A stretch of 64,000 nucleotides of DNA from assembly GCA_043808175.1 (NCBI GenBank), contig JAZDFE010000002.1:4906-68905 (forward strand). The letters run 5' to 3'. The stretch's first letter is position 1, and each line of letters starts with the position of its first letter. This document shows positions 1 through 9,621 of the stretch, piece after piece. The notes beneath the pieces were generated by a model. The model saw only the letters and a list, made by a program, of their open reading frames with translations, was not told the DNA's origin and did no database searches. This stretch comes from Candidatus Omnitrophota bacterium (GTDB lineage Bacteria; Omnitrophota; Omnitrophia; Omnitrophales; Aquincolibacteriaceae). The translations under genes were made by a program, and so were the position numbers.

Positions 1-252
1 TTCCCGCACCGTTAAGATGATGAAGGGTATGAATGGCCCCCCTTTCTCGGAAGTGACCTTTCTGTAGAGCTCGAGTCCGGTCATCTTGGGCATATTGATG
101 TCCAGGATCACGAGATCGGGATGCTTTTCAAAGATCATGGCGAGCCCCTTTTCCCCGTCCGCCGCTTCCAGGACCTTGTATTTTTTCTCCAAATAAAACC
201 GGAGCAGTCTTCTTACTTCTTTGGCATCATCGATCACAAGCACTGTTTTCAT
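1..252 (-). CDS. response regulator receiver-domain protein (C-terminus runs off the window edge)
   Basis: Manual reverse translation from the ATG at 252 gives MKTVLVIDDAKEVRRLLRFYLEKKYKVLEAADGEKGLAMIFEKHPDLVILDINMPKMTGLELYRK...ILT. It has the acidic DD pocket, the phospho-acceptor D in ILDINMP and the conserved T. ATGA start/stop overlap with the upstream Hpt ORF. Confidence 0.85.
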   Translation of the reverse strand, partial: MKTVLVIDDAKEVRRLLRFYLEKKYKVLEAADGEKGLAMIFEKHPDLVILDINMPKMTGLELYRKVTSEKGGPFIPFIILTVRE

Positions 253-512
253 GTCCATAAAGAGTCGCTCCTATATATTTTTTTCAGTTCTTCCATCGCG
301 TGCTTCAGGCTTCCCATTTGTTTCTCGATCGTGCCGACATCTTGATCGCCTTTCGCAACGGCCTCCAACTCCTTAGCTGTGATATAGATCTCTTCGATCC
401 GCAGATTCCCTGCGGTCCCCTTGATAAAATGAGCCGTCTTGGCAACTTCCTCAAAATTCCTTTCCTGAAAAGCCTTCTTAAGGTCTTGGATCGCTGAGGT
501 AAACTGCTTCAT
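249..512 (-). CDS. histidine phosphotransfer (Hpt) domain protein; may be the C-terminal part of a frameshifted REC-Hpt fusion
   Basis: 87-aa ORF with the Hpt signature AHFIKGTAGNL (HxxKG). The same frame continues upstream of the ATG as ...AIKELGIPEGFYRELVVGF without a start codon. Confidence 0.8.
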   Translation of the reverse strand: MKQFTSAIQDLKKAFQERNFEEVAKTAHFIKGTAGNLRIEEIYITAKELEAVAKGDQDVGTIEKQMGSLKHAMEELKKIYRSDSLWT

Positions 513-1038
513 GAACCCAACTACGAGTTCGCGGTAAAACCCCTCGGGGATACCCAGTTCTTTGATTGCCCCTCTGCTTATCCCATTTCATGGCCCTCTT
601 TTTTTTCCGATTTACCGGCCCACCTTGGGAAACTCCCTTGAGCCAATAAAAAATCTTGTCCTTGAGCTCAGAGACTTCAATGGGTTTTGTGAGGTAATCA
701 TTCATCCCTGCCGCGAGGCACTTTTCTTTGTCATTTTCGGTCGCGGTCAGGGCAAGAATGGGTAGGGTCTCATGAAGTTGCTCCCGGATGACCTTCGTTG
801 CCTCGACTCCTCCCATAACGGGCATTTGGAGGTCCATCAAGATCAGATCATAAGGATCTTTCTTGACCTTCTCAATGACTTCGCGTCCATCCAAAGCGAT
901 CTCTACGCTGAGTTTAAAACTTTTGAGTATGATCGAAAGAAATTTCTGAGCGTTCGGCTCGTCTTCCGCCACCAGGATATTGAACCCCTTGCCGGCCGAT
1001 TCTCCCTCCCTATATTGAGGCACAATCTCAACGGACAT
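478..1038 (-). CDS. response regulator receiver-domain protein (tail out of frame with the downstream Hpt)
   Basis: NILVAEDEPNAQ...DLILMDLQMPVMGG...LALTA...DYLTKP receiver motifs. The last ~45 residues are Arg/Lys-rich and overlap the Hpt reading frame. Confidence 0.85.
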   Translation of the reverse strand: MSVEIVPQYREGESAGKGFNILVAEDEPNAQKFLSIILKSFKLSVEIALDGREVIEKVKKDPYDLILMDLQMPVMGGVEATKVIREQLHETLPILALTATENDKEKCLAAGMNDYLTKPIEVSELKDKIFYWLKGVSQGGPVNRKKKRAMKWDKQRGNQRTGYPRGVLPRTRSWVHEAVYLSDPRP

Positions 1039-1119
1039 TTTTGACCCATATCTTCATGGCGACCCCTCTGTGGTTTGGTCGAAAAATTTTCCGTTCAAAC
1101 CCCTTTTACCCCTCGAAAA

Positions 1120-1300
1120 AACAGCACGGAACCGTCCGCAACTCATCTCAGTGCGATCGGCAAAGCCCACCATTATGATACCGCTCTTGGCTGCAATGTC
1201 GAGTGGCATAAAAATCCCGACTTAAGCGTCGAGGTATATCCCAAAGTGAAAGGCAGGAAGCGTAACAAGACCCCCGTCTGGACAATGACCTTTGAGGCAT
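1120..1300 (-). pseudogene. remnant of an RND efflux pump C-terminal transmembrane region
   Basis: The reverse frame reads LPAFHFGIYLDA*VGIFMPLDIAAKSGIIMVGFADRTEMS. This is collinear with YAYVGIFMLLGIVAKNGIMMVDFAN of the intact pump (DNA similar to 2230-2330). It has an in-frame TAA and no start codon or N-terminal part. Confidence 0.6.
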
Positions 1301-1402
1301 TGTGACGCTGTTTAAAATGAAAGCCGGGCAGGTCCAACACGGTAACTTCTCGTTTTATATGCAGGAAAAGATCGGCTTATGACTGAGTGGCGATGATCCG
1401 CC

Positions 1403-1895
1403 CTAGAACAATTCGGAAGGCTGTCCTGTTGCAGCGACGACGCCTTTCCAGAACCACTGGCTGGGATCTATTTTCTTTCGACCGCTCGTAACAAGAGCGA
1501 TGGGAACGTGCGTAAATTCGTGGTTCCAGAAACCGACCACCATCGCCGTGCGTCCCGACATGGCCGCATGAACGGCGTTCTGACCCAGCATAAGGCAGAT
1601 CGCCGAATCCTGCGCGTTCGCGGGAACGCTCCAGATCTCATAACTCGGATCGATATACTTCAGTGTGATGTCTTTGCCGCGCTTCTTGAAATAGGTCTTG
1701 ATCTGGTCTCTCAGGAAAATCCCGATATCGCCGTACACGACATTCCCTGAAGCATCTTTCACACTCGTGACCCGCGCCTTCCGCTGCCACGATCACCGCG
1801 TGATCATCCCGGGACAATATAGCCTCAAGCACCGTAAGGAGTTTTTCTGTGGTGAAAGGAACCTCGGGGATCATGCAAAGATCCGGAGCATTCAT
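1403..1895 (-). pseudogene. 6-phosphofructokinase remnant (N-terminally truncated and frameshifted)
   Basis: ORF 1638-1895 gives DLCMIPEVPF...AVIVAAEGAG, then loses similarity. ORF 1403-1762 in another frame resumes as KDASGNVVYGDIGIFL...IDPSYEIWSVPANAQD...AVHAAMSGRT (PFK C-terminal half). The N-terminal ~half is missing because the RND gene ends at 1937. Confidence 0.7.
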
Positions 1896-1936
1896 CTATC
1901 GTCGATTGTCTGATAAAAAGACACTGTTTCTTTGCT

Positions 1937-4900
1937 TTAGTTTTCTTTCCGGGACGAGCCGGCGCGAGTAAGCTCGAATTTATCGAGCACCTTTTCCTGG
2001 AAAGCTTGCATATAGAGAAAAAGCCCTGGCGTTACAAAGAGCGTTACCACCTGAGAAAAGACGAGCCCGCCGACCACGACCAGCCCGAGGGGGACCCTGG
2101 AAGAACCGTCCGCGCCATATCCGAGCGCGATCGGCAAAGCGCCCATGATCGCCGCGAGTCCCGTCATGAGGATCGGCCGGAAGCGCACAACGCTCGCGTC
2201 GTGGATCGCGTCAAAGTTGTTCTTCCCTTCGGCAAGGCCCTGATTGGCAAAGTCCACCATCATGATACCGTTCTTGGCCACAATGCCAAGCAGCATAAAG
2301 ATCCCGACATAAGCATAAAGGGACATCTCGGAGTGGAAGATCCAAAGCGTGGCAAGGCCGCCGAGCGTCCCGACCGGAAGCGTTGTGATGATCGTGAATG
2401 GATGCACATAACTTTCATAGAGAATACCGAGGATCACATATTTAATAAGAATCGCGATTAGGATCAGGAGGGTAAGACTCGCGATAGCGTCCGAAAATTC
2501 CTCCGCTTCGCCCTGCAGTTTCCCGGTAACCTCGGCCGGAAGAAGTTTCTCAGCCGTTTGTTCGATAAATTTCGTCGCATCTCCGAGAGGGACCCCCTCC
2601 TTGAGGTTGAACGAGATCGTCCCGGAATTCAGCTGCGAGTCATGCGGCACATTTTGCGGGGTCACCACTTCGGTCCATTCTAAGACAGAGCTTAGGGGCA
2701 CCATCTTTCCCGTGGCGCTTGCCCGGACATAGACGCGGGAAAGATCTTCCGGAACTTTCTGGTACTCCTTTTCGAGTTCTACGATCACCTGGTATTGATC
2801 GATCTGGGTTTTATAAAGCGTCACTTTGCCTTGGGCATAAGCCAGCGACAAGGCGTATTCGATATCCTGCGCCGTGATCCCTAAGGTCGACGCCCGGTCC
2901 CTTAAGATCGTGGCCTTCAAGGTCGGCAAGGTCAGTTTGACGCTGTTCTGAACGTCCACAAATCCGGGATGTGCCCGAAGCTCTTTTTCAAGCTGCATCG
3001 CGCTCTCATAAACTTTCCCCTGGTCTGCGCCGCGGATCGTGTAGGAATATTTGCTCCCCGAAGCGGTGCTTTCGCCGCCGGTGCTGATCTGAAGGGAGGG
3101 CGTTGCTTTAAGGAACGCGAATCCTCCGGCGATCTTTGCCAGCTTGCCGCGGATCTCCGCCAGGGCCTTGGCCATCGGGAGGCGCTTCCCGGAAGGCTTG
3201 AGCACAATATGGATGAACCCGGTGCTCTGGTCGGAGCCGGTCTGAAGTCCGGAAGCGGTCAGCGTCCGTTCAATATTGGGGTCCGCTTCAAGCACATGGT
3301 TCACTTGGGCTTGGTACTGGCGAGCCTGTTTTGTCGAGGTCCCGAGAGGCATCAATGTACCCCCCATGATCGCGCCGCTGTCGCCGTCCGGAAGAAATGT
3401 TTGAGGCAGCACATTGAAAAAGTATACGGTCCCGCCCAGACAAGCCACCCACAGAACGATCGTAATGAATGGCCGCAGCAGGATCTTTTTGAGAAGAATG
3501 CTGTATCCTCCGATCACTTTGTCCATGAACGGATTCATGATCCTCTGGACCCAGTTCTCTTTTTCTTTTCCCTCCTCCTTGGCCTTCAACATGCGCGCGC
3601 ACATCATCGGCGTGAGCGTAAGCGACACCACACCGGAACAAAGGATCGTCACGACCACCGTGATCGCAAATTCCCTGAAGATCCTTCCGACAACACCCCC
3701 CATGAATACCAGTGGAATAAAAATGACCGCTAAGGAAAGCGTCATGGAAAGGATCGTAAAACTGATTTCTTGAGCGCTCTTGATCGCGGCCGGAAACGGT
3801 TTCATGCCTTGTTCGATCAGACGCACCGTGTTTTCAAGCACCACGATCCCGTCATCCACGACGAACCCGACCGCAAGAATGATTCCCATAAGCGACAGGT
3901 TGTCCAAACTGAAATGGAGGGCCTTCATGACAAGGAACGAGGCAATGATGGAAACCGGCAACGTCATCGCGGGAATAACCGTGTCTGATAAACGCCCGAG
4001 GAAAAGAAAAATGACAAGAATGACCAGCACGAGCGCGATCAGGATTGTGTTCTTCACATCGTCGATGGACGCGATGATCGATTCGGATTTGTCGTAGTAA
4101 ACGGACAACTGGACCGAACCCGGGATCTCACGCTTCAGCTCTTCAACCGTTTGTTTGATCCGCTCGGCAAGACCCACCGTATTCGATCCCACCTGACGGA
4201 AAACAGGAAGCACGGCCACGCCGGCATGCAGCTTCTCGCCCGGCCGCGTCGTCGCCATCACATTCACAACGTCACTTTCGGTGCTGTTCACGCAAGTCGC
4301 GATATCCCGCAGCCGGATAGGAGCGCCGTTCCGGTAGGCCACGATCAGTGACTCATACTCCTTGGCGTCGATCATCTGCCCTTGAGGCTGGATCGAAAAA
4401 GTCCGCGCGTTTCCGTTCAAACTCCCTCCGGGGACCGTCACTGTTCCCGTTTGAACAGCCGCGGCAATATCATTCAACCCGATCCCATAGGCGGCCAGCT
4501 TGGCGGGATCCACCTGGACACGGATCGCGGATTGTGATCCGTAGACCTGAACCTGCGAAACGCCTTCGATCATGGAGATCCGCTGGCCGATCGTCCGGTT
4601 CGCATAATCATAAAGCTGGCCGGGGGTCAGACTGTCAGAAGTCACCATCAGATACATGATCGGTGTGTCGGAGGGGTTCGTTTTTGTATAAGTGGGCGGC
4701 GCCGGAAGATCTGTCGGCAGATTCGCCTGCGCGCGCGAAATAGCGGCCTGTACGTCCGGCGCCGCGAGGTCAATACTCCGGTCCAGATCAAACGTGAGCA
4801 TGATCTGAGTTTGACTGTCCGTGTTGGTGGAAATGATCGATTTGAGCCCCGGGATCTGCATGAACTGGCTTTCAAGGGGCGATGCCACCGTCGAGGCCAT

Positions 4901-5074
4901 GGTGTCCGGACTCGCGCCGGGATAAGCCACCGTCACCGTGATCACGGGAGAATCCACCACGGGAAGATCGCTGATGGGAAGACTGAAAAATGCGGCAACA
5001 CCAAAAAGCAGGACGAGCACCATGAGCAGCGTCGTCATGATCGGTTTTTTTATGAAGCTTTCCGTAAAACTCAT
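1937..5074 (-). CDS. RND (AcrB/HAE1-type) efflux transporter permease
   Basis: 1045-aa ORF with 12-TM RND layout and two large periplasmic loops. Conserved TM4 region GFVVDDGIVVLEN. Third gene of an OMF-MFP-RND operon. Confidence 0.93.
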   Translation of the reverse strand: MSFTESFIKKPIMTTLLMVLVLLFGVAAFFSLPISDLPVVDSPVITVTVAYPGASPDTMASTVASPLESQFMQIPGLKSIISTNTDSQTQIMLTFDLDRSIDLAAPDVQAAISRAQANLPTDLPAPPTYTKTNPSDTPIMYLMVTSDSLTPGQLYDYANRTIGQRISMIEGVSQVQVYGSQSAIRVQVDPAKLAAYGIGLNDIAAAVQTGTVTVPGGSLNGNARTFSIQPQGQMIDAKEYESLIVAYRNGAPIRLRDIATCVNSTESDVVNVMATTRPGEKLHAGVAVLPVFRQVGSNTVGLAERIKQTVEELKREIPGSVQLSVYYDKSESIIASIDDVKNTILIALVLVILVIFLFLGRLSDTVIPAMTLPVSIIASFLVMKALHFSLDNLSLMGIILAVGFVVDDGIVVLENTVRLIEQGMKPFPAAIKSAQEISFTILSMTLSLAVIFIPLVFMGGVVGRIFREFAITVVVTILCSGVVSLTLTPMMCARMLKAKEEGKEKENWVQRIMNPFMDKVIGGYSILLKKILLRPFITIVLWVACLGGTVYFFNVLPQTFLPDGDSGAIMGGTLMPLGTSTKQARQYQAQVNHVLEADPNIERTLTASGLQTGSDQSTGFIHIVLKPSGKRLPMAKALAEIRGKLAKIAGGFAFLKATPSLQISTGGESTASGSKYSYTIRGADQGKVYESAMQLEKELRAHPGFVDVQNSVKLTLPTLKATILRDRASTLGITAQDIEYALSLAYAQGKVTLYKTQIDQYQVIVELEKEYQKVPEDLSRVYVRASATGKMVPLSSVLEWTEVVTPQNVPHDSQLNSGTISFNLKEGVPLGDATKFIEQTAEKLLPAEVTGKLQGEAEEFSDAIASLTLLILIAILIKYVILGILYESYVHPFTIITTLPVGTLGGLATLWIFHSEMSLYAYVGIFMLLGIVAKNGIMMVDFANQGLAEGKNNFDAIHDASVVRFRPILMTGLAAIMGALPIALGYGADGSSRVPLGLVVVGGLVFSQVVTLFVTPGLFLYMQAFQEKVLDKFELTRAGSSRKEN

Positions 5075-5088
5075 CGTTTATCCTTTTC

Positions 5089-5143
5089 GAACCACGCTCC
5101 ACGATCCATGCACCACGTGGCCCGTGGCACGTGGAACGTGGAA
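5089..5143. repeat. GC-rich heptad palindrome (CCACG/CGTGG family)
   Basis: gaaCCACGctCCACGatCCATGcaCCACGTGGccCGTGGcaCGTGGaaCGTGGaa, centred on CACGTG. Lies between the MFP stop and the RND start. Confidence 0.85.
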
Positions 5144-5149
5144 TACATA

Positions 5150-6301
5150 CTATTGATGCGCATTGCCCACCGCATGTTGCCCTTGAAGATCGGGCTGTAC
5201 ATCTTTGACGGGCACGCCGGAACTCAATCCCATTTGCCCGCTGGTGACTACCTTCTCGCCCGCCTTGACGCCATTTTCAACCACAATGTCGTCTCCCTGC
5301 CGGCTGCCGGTCCTGAGGATCCTGAGATCCGCTTTACCCTCCGGCGTTACGACAAAGGCAAAAGTTCCCTTTTGTCCCAACTGCGCAGCCGCGTACGGGA
5401 TCAGCACGGCACCCTTCTGGATCCCGAGGATTAGTTTCACATAAACGAATTGACCCGCCCACAAAGCATTATCTTCGTTGGGAACAATCGCCCTGAGAGA
5501 AATGGTCCCTGTTGTGTTGTCGATCGCATTCTCGATCAGTTTTAATTCTCCGGCATAGGACTTCCCGTCGTCCGGGACCCGGACTTCCGCTTTCAAAACA
5601 CCCGCGGCCATCGCGCTGCGGATCGCTTGAAGTTGCCGGTCCGTCACCGTGAAATCCACATAGAGCGTATCGATCGCCTTGACATTGGCAAGCGTCGGAC
5701 CGTTATTGGCCAGCACGATGTTCCCAGGGTCCACAAGAACTTTCCCGGTCACTCCATTCACAGGAGACTTGATGGAGCAATAATCCAGATTGATCTCGGC
5801 CAACACTAGTTCGGCCTTATCGAGAGTGGTCTTCGCTTCCGCCGCCTCAACATCCGTTTCATATTTCTCGAAATCCTGCTGGGACACAAGCTCTTTACTG
5901 GCAAGCCCGCGGTTCCGCTCCAGCGTATCCTTTTTCATTTTCATGTCGACGTTGTCCGCCTGCACGACCGCCTGGGCTTTGTCAACCGCGGCTTTATATT
6001 CCGAAGGATCTATGGTGAAAAGAAGATCCCCTGCCGCGACCCTTTGCCCTTGCTTAAAGTGTGCCTGAAGGACCTTGCCCGTGACTTGGGACTTGATGTC
6101 CACGTTGACAAGCGCCGCTAAATTCCCAAAAGCCTCGATATAGGAAGGGACATCCTTTTGGAGAGCGACGGAAGTTTGAACCGGCCGGGGCGGCATGGGG
6201 GGGATTTCCTTTTTCCCGGAGCATCCATTCCCCAGGATCAAGAAGAATACCGCGAAAACCCAACTCATTAGAACAGGAAACTTCGAAGGAAATGATCGCA
6301 T
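5150..6301 (-). CDS. RND efflux periplasmic adaptor (membrane fusion protein, HlyD/AcrA family)
   Basis: ORF 5150-6370 trimmed to the ATG at 6301, which has an upstream AGGAG. Lipoprotein-like N-terminus ...FFLILGNGC. Alpha-hairpin and beta-barrel regions typical of MFPs. Confidence 0.88.
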   Translation of the reverse strand: MRSFPSKFPVLMSWVFAVFFLILGNGCSGKKEIPPMPPRPVQTSVALQKDVPSYIEAFGNLAALVNVDIKSQVTGKVLQAHFKQGQRVAAGDLLFTIDPSEYKAAVDKAQAVVQADNVDMKMKKDTLERNRGLASKELVSQQDFEKYETDVEAAEAKTTLDKAELVLAEINLDYCSIKSPVNGVTGKVLVDPGNIVLANNGPTLANVKAIDTLYVDFTVTDRQLQAIRSAMAAGVLKAEVRVPDDGKSYAGELKLIENAIDNTTGTISLRAIVPNEDNALWAGQFVYVKLILGIQKGAVLIPYAAAQLGQKGTFAFVVTPEGKADLRILRTGSRQGDDIVVENGVKAGEKVVTSGQMGLSSGVPVKDVQPDLQGQHAVGNAHQ

Positions 6302-6332
6302 TTTTTTGTTTCTCCTATCTTCTGGCGCTGAT

Positions 6333-7820
6333 TTAAAGCTCGATCGTGCCCTTCTCGGCCCGGGCAGCATCCGTTCTCTCGTTGATCGTGCCGGTTGCGT
6401 AGGCTACCTGGGCAAAGCTGGTATAAAGCTCTTTCCGCGAATTGATCACCTGGCTCCGGGCGTCCGAAAGGTCCGATTCGGCGTTTAGAACGTCCAGGAT
6501 GCTTTTCAGTCCGGTCTTGTAACCATCCATGGAAAGATCATATGAACCTTGCGAGGCATCCAGATAAGCCTTGCTGGCCTCGAGCTTCTGGGTCGCCGTA
6601 ACGAAGTTGTAATAGGCATCCCAAACATCCGCCGTGACGCTCAGCTCCTTCTGCCGCAAATTCTCAAATTCGGCGTCGGCATCGGCTTTGGCGGCTTTGA
6701 TCTTGGAAACCGTGTCAAACCCCTCGAAAAGGGGCCAATTGACGCTCACGCCGGCCGTATAGCCGTAATTATGCTGAGTGTCATAATTCAGACCATGCCG
6801 GCCAAAATATTTGTACCAATCGTTCGATCCTGATCCTTGAGCATTCAGGGTCGGCCATAGATCCGACCGGGCGGCTGTGATCGCGGCGATCTTCGCGGCA
6901 AGACTGGCGCGTTCCGCCGCAAGATCGGGGCGTTTCGCCAGACCTTCTTCGATCAATTGGCCCACTTCTCTTGTCCCCACCTTGAATTCCACGTCTTTTT
7001 GCGGAAGCATGATATTGAGCGGCGTCCCCGCGGGAAAACCGAGGACTTTCGCGAGATCTCCTTCGGCCGTCTTGAGATTCCCCTTGGCGGATTCCAATCC
7101 AAACAAAGTTTTCTGATAACTTGCGGTGGCCTGAAGCACATCCACCTTCGCCTGGATCCCGGCTGAAAATCTCTCATTGGTCGCATCGAGCGCCGCCTTG
7201 GCGTCTTTGACGTCCATGTGGGCGGCCTCAAGCAATGCGGTCGTGCTGAAAAAATTAAAGTAAGCGGACGTCACATTGAGCAGGAGATTCTGGAAAGTCT
7301 GGTTGAATTGGAAGTTAGTCGCAAGCAACGTTTGAAAGGCCTGTTCCACTTTGGCGCTCCGGCCTCCAAAATCAACCAGCAGATAGGTCAATTTCATGTT
7401 AGCGCCGATGTCTCCTTGATTCAGACTTTGAAGGGGGCGGTTGGAAACCGTATGCTGGGTGTCAAAATCCTGCTCCACGGTCGCCGTGGGGTACCAGGCG
7501 CTCTGCGCTTCCCCGACTCGAGCTTTGGCCGAAAGGGCCTGGTACCATGCCTGTTTGGTCGAGGGATTGTTCTGCAAGGCGAGCCCGACCAATTCGATAA
7601 GCTTCATGGGTTTTTCGACGCTCGGTTTTCTTCCCTCTACGCCCGCGAGAACCGTTTCCGGCTTCTTGGATTGGGCATACCACTGAGGGGGCGTCCACAT
7701 ACTTGAAGATTCTTTGGGAACTTCCAGGGTCCGGCAGCCTGCAAAAAAGATCAGAAACAAAGAGAGGAGCGCGAAGAGCGGAAAAGAAGCGTGGAGTTTA
7801 TTCGTTTTAAGCATCGGCAA
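6333..7820 (-). CDS. outer-membrane efflux protein (TolC/OEP family)
   Basis: 495 aa with signal/lipobox LIFFAGC. Duplicated OEP repeat structure. First gene of the efflux operon. Confidence 0.88.
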   Translation of the reverse strand: MPMLKTNKLHASFPLFALLSLFLIFFAGCRTLEVPKESSSMWTPPQWYAQSKKPETVLAGVEGRKPSVEKPMKLIELVGLALQNNPSTKQAWYQALSAKARVGEAQSAWYPTATVEQDFDTQHTVSNRPLQSLNQGDIGANMKLTYLLVDFGGRSAKVEQAFQTLLATNFQFNQTFQNLLLNVTSAYFNFFSTTALLEAAHMDVKDAKAALDATNERFSAGIQAKVDVLQATASYQKTLFGLESAKGNLKTAEGDLAKVLGFPAGTPLNIMLPQKDVEFKVGTREVGQLIEEGLAKRPDLAAERASLAAKIAAITAARSDLWPTLNAQGSGSNDWYKYFGRHGLNYDTQHNYGYTAGVSVNWPLFEGFDTVSKIKAAKADADAEFENLRQKELSVTADVWDAYYNFVTATQKLEASKAYLDASQGSYDLSMDGYKTGLKSILDVLNAESDLSDARSQVINSRKELYTSFAQVAYATGTINERTDAARAEKGTIEL

Positions 7821-7937
7821 TTTAAAAGTCCTGGTCTCAGGTTGCCAAATGAAAAATATCTTACGAACATACTATTCATAAGTCCTTCAATTACAAGGGG
7901 AAAAGCAGCCTTCCATCAACGACGGGCCTGCAGATAC

Positions 7938-9500
7938 CTATTTAACCCGGACCACAATGAGCGTCAGGTCGTCAAAGGGCGGAGCCTGGCCAATGAAGTC
8001 CTTGATCTCGGCCTGGATCTTTAAAAAAAGATCATGCGCTCCAAGAGAACTGTTTTGTTCGACCAATCGCTTGAGTCTCTCGATGCTGAACATTTCGCCG
8101 TGGGCTGCCCTGGCCTCGATCACTCCGTCCGTATACATCACAAGAAGGTCTTGAGAGGCAAGCCGGATCGTTTCTTCCGGATAAGTTTGTTCCGGAAGAA
8201 TGCCCACGGGAACCCCATTCGTTTTTGTCTCGACAAAGACCCTCTCTTTGGCTTTGAACCACAAGGGCGGATAATGGCCTGCGTTGGCACAAGTCATCTG
8301 TTTCTTTTTTACGTCATACAGCAAGTAGAGGACCGTGATGAACATCCCCTTCCCCGAAGAGGCATCCGCCGCAATAAAACTGTTCGCCCGGCTTAAGGTC
8401 TCTCCCGGATGCGCCACCTCTGAAGAGATCACTCGGAATACGCTGCGGGAACGCGTCATGTAAAGAGTTCCGGGAAGTCCCTTCCCGGAAGCGTCGGCGA
8501 TGATAAAACCTATCTGGTCGCGGGAAGGAACGGAAAGAAAATCATAATAATCCCCTCCCACTTCTTTAGCGGGGACACTCTTGGCCTCGATCTCCAGCCC
8601 CTCGACTTCGGGAGGATGTTCGGGAAAGATCGACCGCTGGATCTCTGTCGCGATCTCCAATTCGCGTCTCACACGTTCGTTCTCACGCACTGTCTCCGCC
8701 AATTCGAGCATCATGCGCTTGAGGGATACGGTCATCTCGTTGAAGATCCCGGACATGCGATTGAATTCGGTCTCGGTAAAATGTTCCAGTTTGTGTTCGA
8801 GATCGCCGCCCCCCACCGTTTCCATTCCCTTCACCACCCGCCGTATCGGTCTTGTAAGCCAGATCGAACTCAAAAGACCGACGATGAACGAAAAACCAAG
8901 GCAGGTTCCGATCGAGATAAGGAAAAGATTGGAAAATTCCTTCCGGATCTGAAGGACCGTTTGTTGGGCGATGTCGATCCCGATGACCCCGACAGTTTCT
9001 CCCGATCGTGTCTTCACGGGGGCAAAAGCTGAGACCCAGGTACCCCATGGGTCCGTCTGAGCTTTCAGGTCCGCGTAGGGCTTTTGGAATCCTACCCGGA
9101 TCTCAGGGGCATGACGAAGATCATAGCGCTCCCCGCAGCCCACAGGTGTGCGTTCGCGGTCGGCGTTCGTCACAAAGCGGACATAATTCGGGTCCGGGTC
9201 CGCGACCATGATGTAAGTATCAAAAATGTCCTTATCGACCGCGCGAACGCTCCGGAGTTTCTCGATCAAGATCCGGGTTTCAGGAAATTTTTCACAACCC
9301 TTCTCAAGAGAGATCGACCGGATATCTTCGCCTGTGATCAGGTTGGCGCTGACTTTGGTAAGGTTCTCGAGGTATTGTTTGAAGGCGTCGTCGCGAAGCT
9401 TTGTTACTTTAAAGTAGAAAAAAGTAAAAATACCCGTGAGCACGAGCGCGCTCGAAAGAAAAAAAACGATCGAAAGACGGGCCGCGAAGCTTTTGAACAT
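7938..9500 (-). CDS. membrane sensor PP2C-type serine phosphatase (Cache-like - HAMP - SpoIIE/RsbU)
   Basis: Two TM segments flank a periplasmic region (DPWGTWVSAFAPV...GVIGIDI). HAMP segment RPIRRVVKGMETVGGGDLEHKL. PP2C/SpoIIE motifs EVGGDYYDF and MYTDGVIEA. Confidence 0.85.
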   Translation of the reverse strand: MFKSFAARLSIVFFLSSALVLTGIFTFFYFKVTKLRDDAFKQYLENLTKVSANLITGEDIRSISLEKGCEKFPETRILIEKLRSVRAVDKDIFDTYIMVADPDPNYVRFVTNADRERTPVGCGERYDLRHAPEIRVGFQKPYADLKAQTDPWGTWVSAFAPVKTRSGETVGVIGIDIAQQTVLQIRKEFSNLFLISIGTCLGFSFIVGLLSSIWLTRPIRRVVKGMETVGGGDLEHKLEHFTETEFNRMSGIFNEMTVSLKRMMLELAETVRENERVRRELEIATEIQRSIFPEHPPEVEGLEIEAKSVPAKEVGGDYYDFLSVPSRDQIGFIIADASGKGLPGTLYMTRSRSVFRVISSEVAHPGETLSRANSFIAADASSGKGMFITVLYLLYDVKKKQMTCANAGHYPPLWFKAKERVFVETKTNGVPVGILPEQTYPEETIRLASQDLLVMYTDGVIEARAAHGEMFSIERLKRLVEQNSSLGAHDLFLKIQAEIKDFIGQAPPFDDLTLIVVRVK

Positions 9501-9621
9501 GTTCGCATTCTAGCTTCCCTCAAATAAAAAAGCCACTTGGAATAGCGGGTCTGGATAAGAAATTCCCTGGCAGCAAAGTAAAACCGGATCTTCTCTTTTC
9601 CCGGGGAAGCAGCTTCTTGGA

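Noticed and set aside
5150-6370. Long N-terminal extensions of several ORF calls: MFP 6370, galE 14820, TPR 16398, yjbQ 23811, lysC 50745, valS 37-nt extension, nadC 45015, DUF2934 21411.
   Set aside because: The extensions overlap upstream genes or translate repeat DNA. Internal ATGs with good SD sequences coincide with the conserved protein N-termini, so the starts were trimmed.
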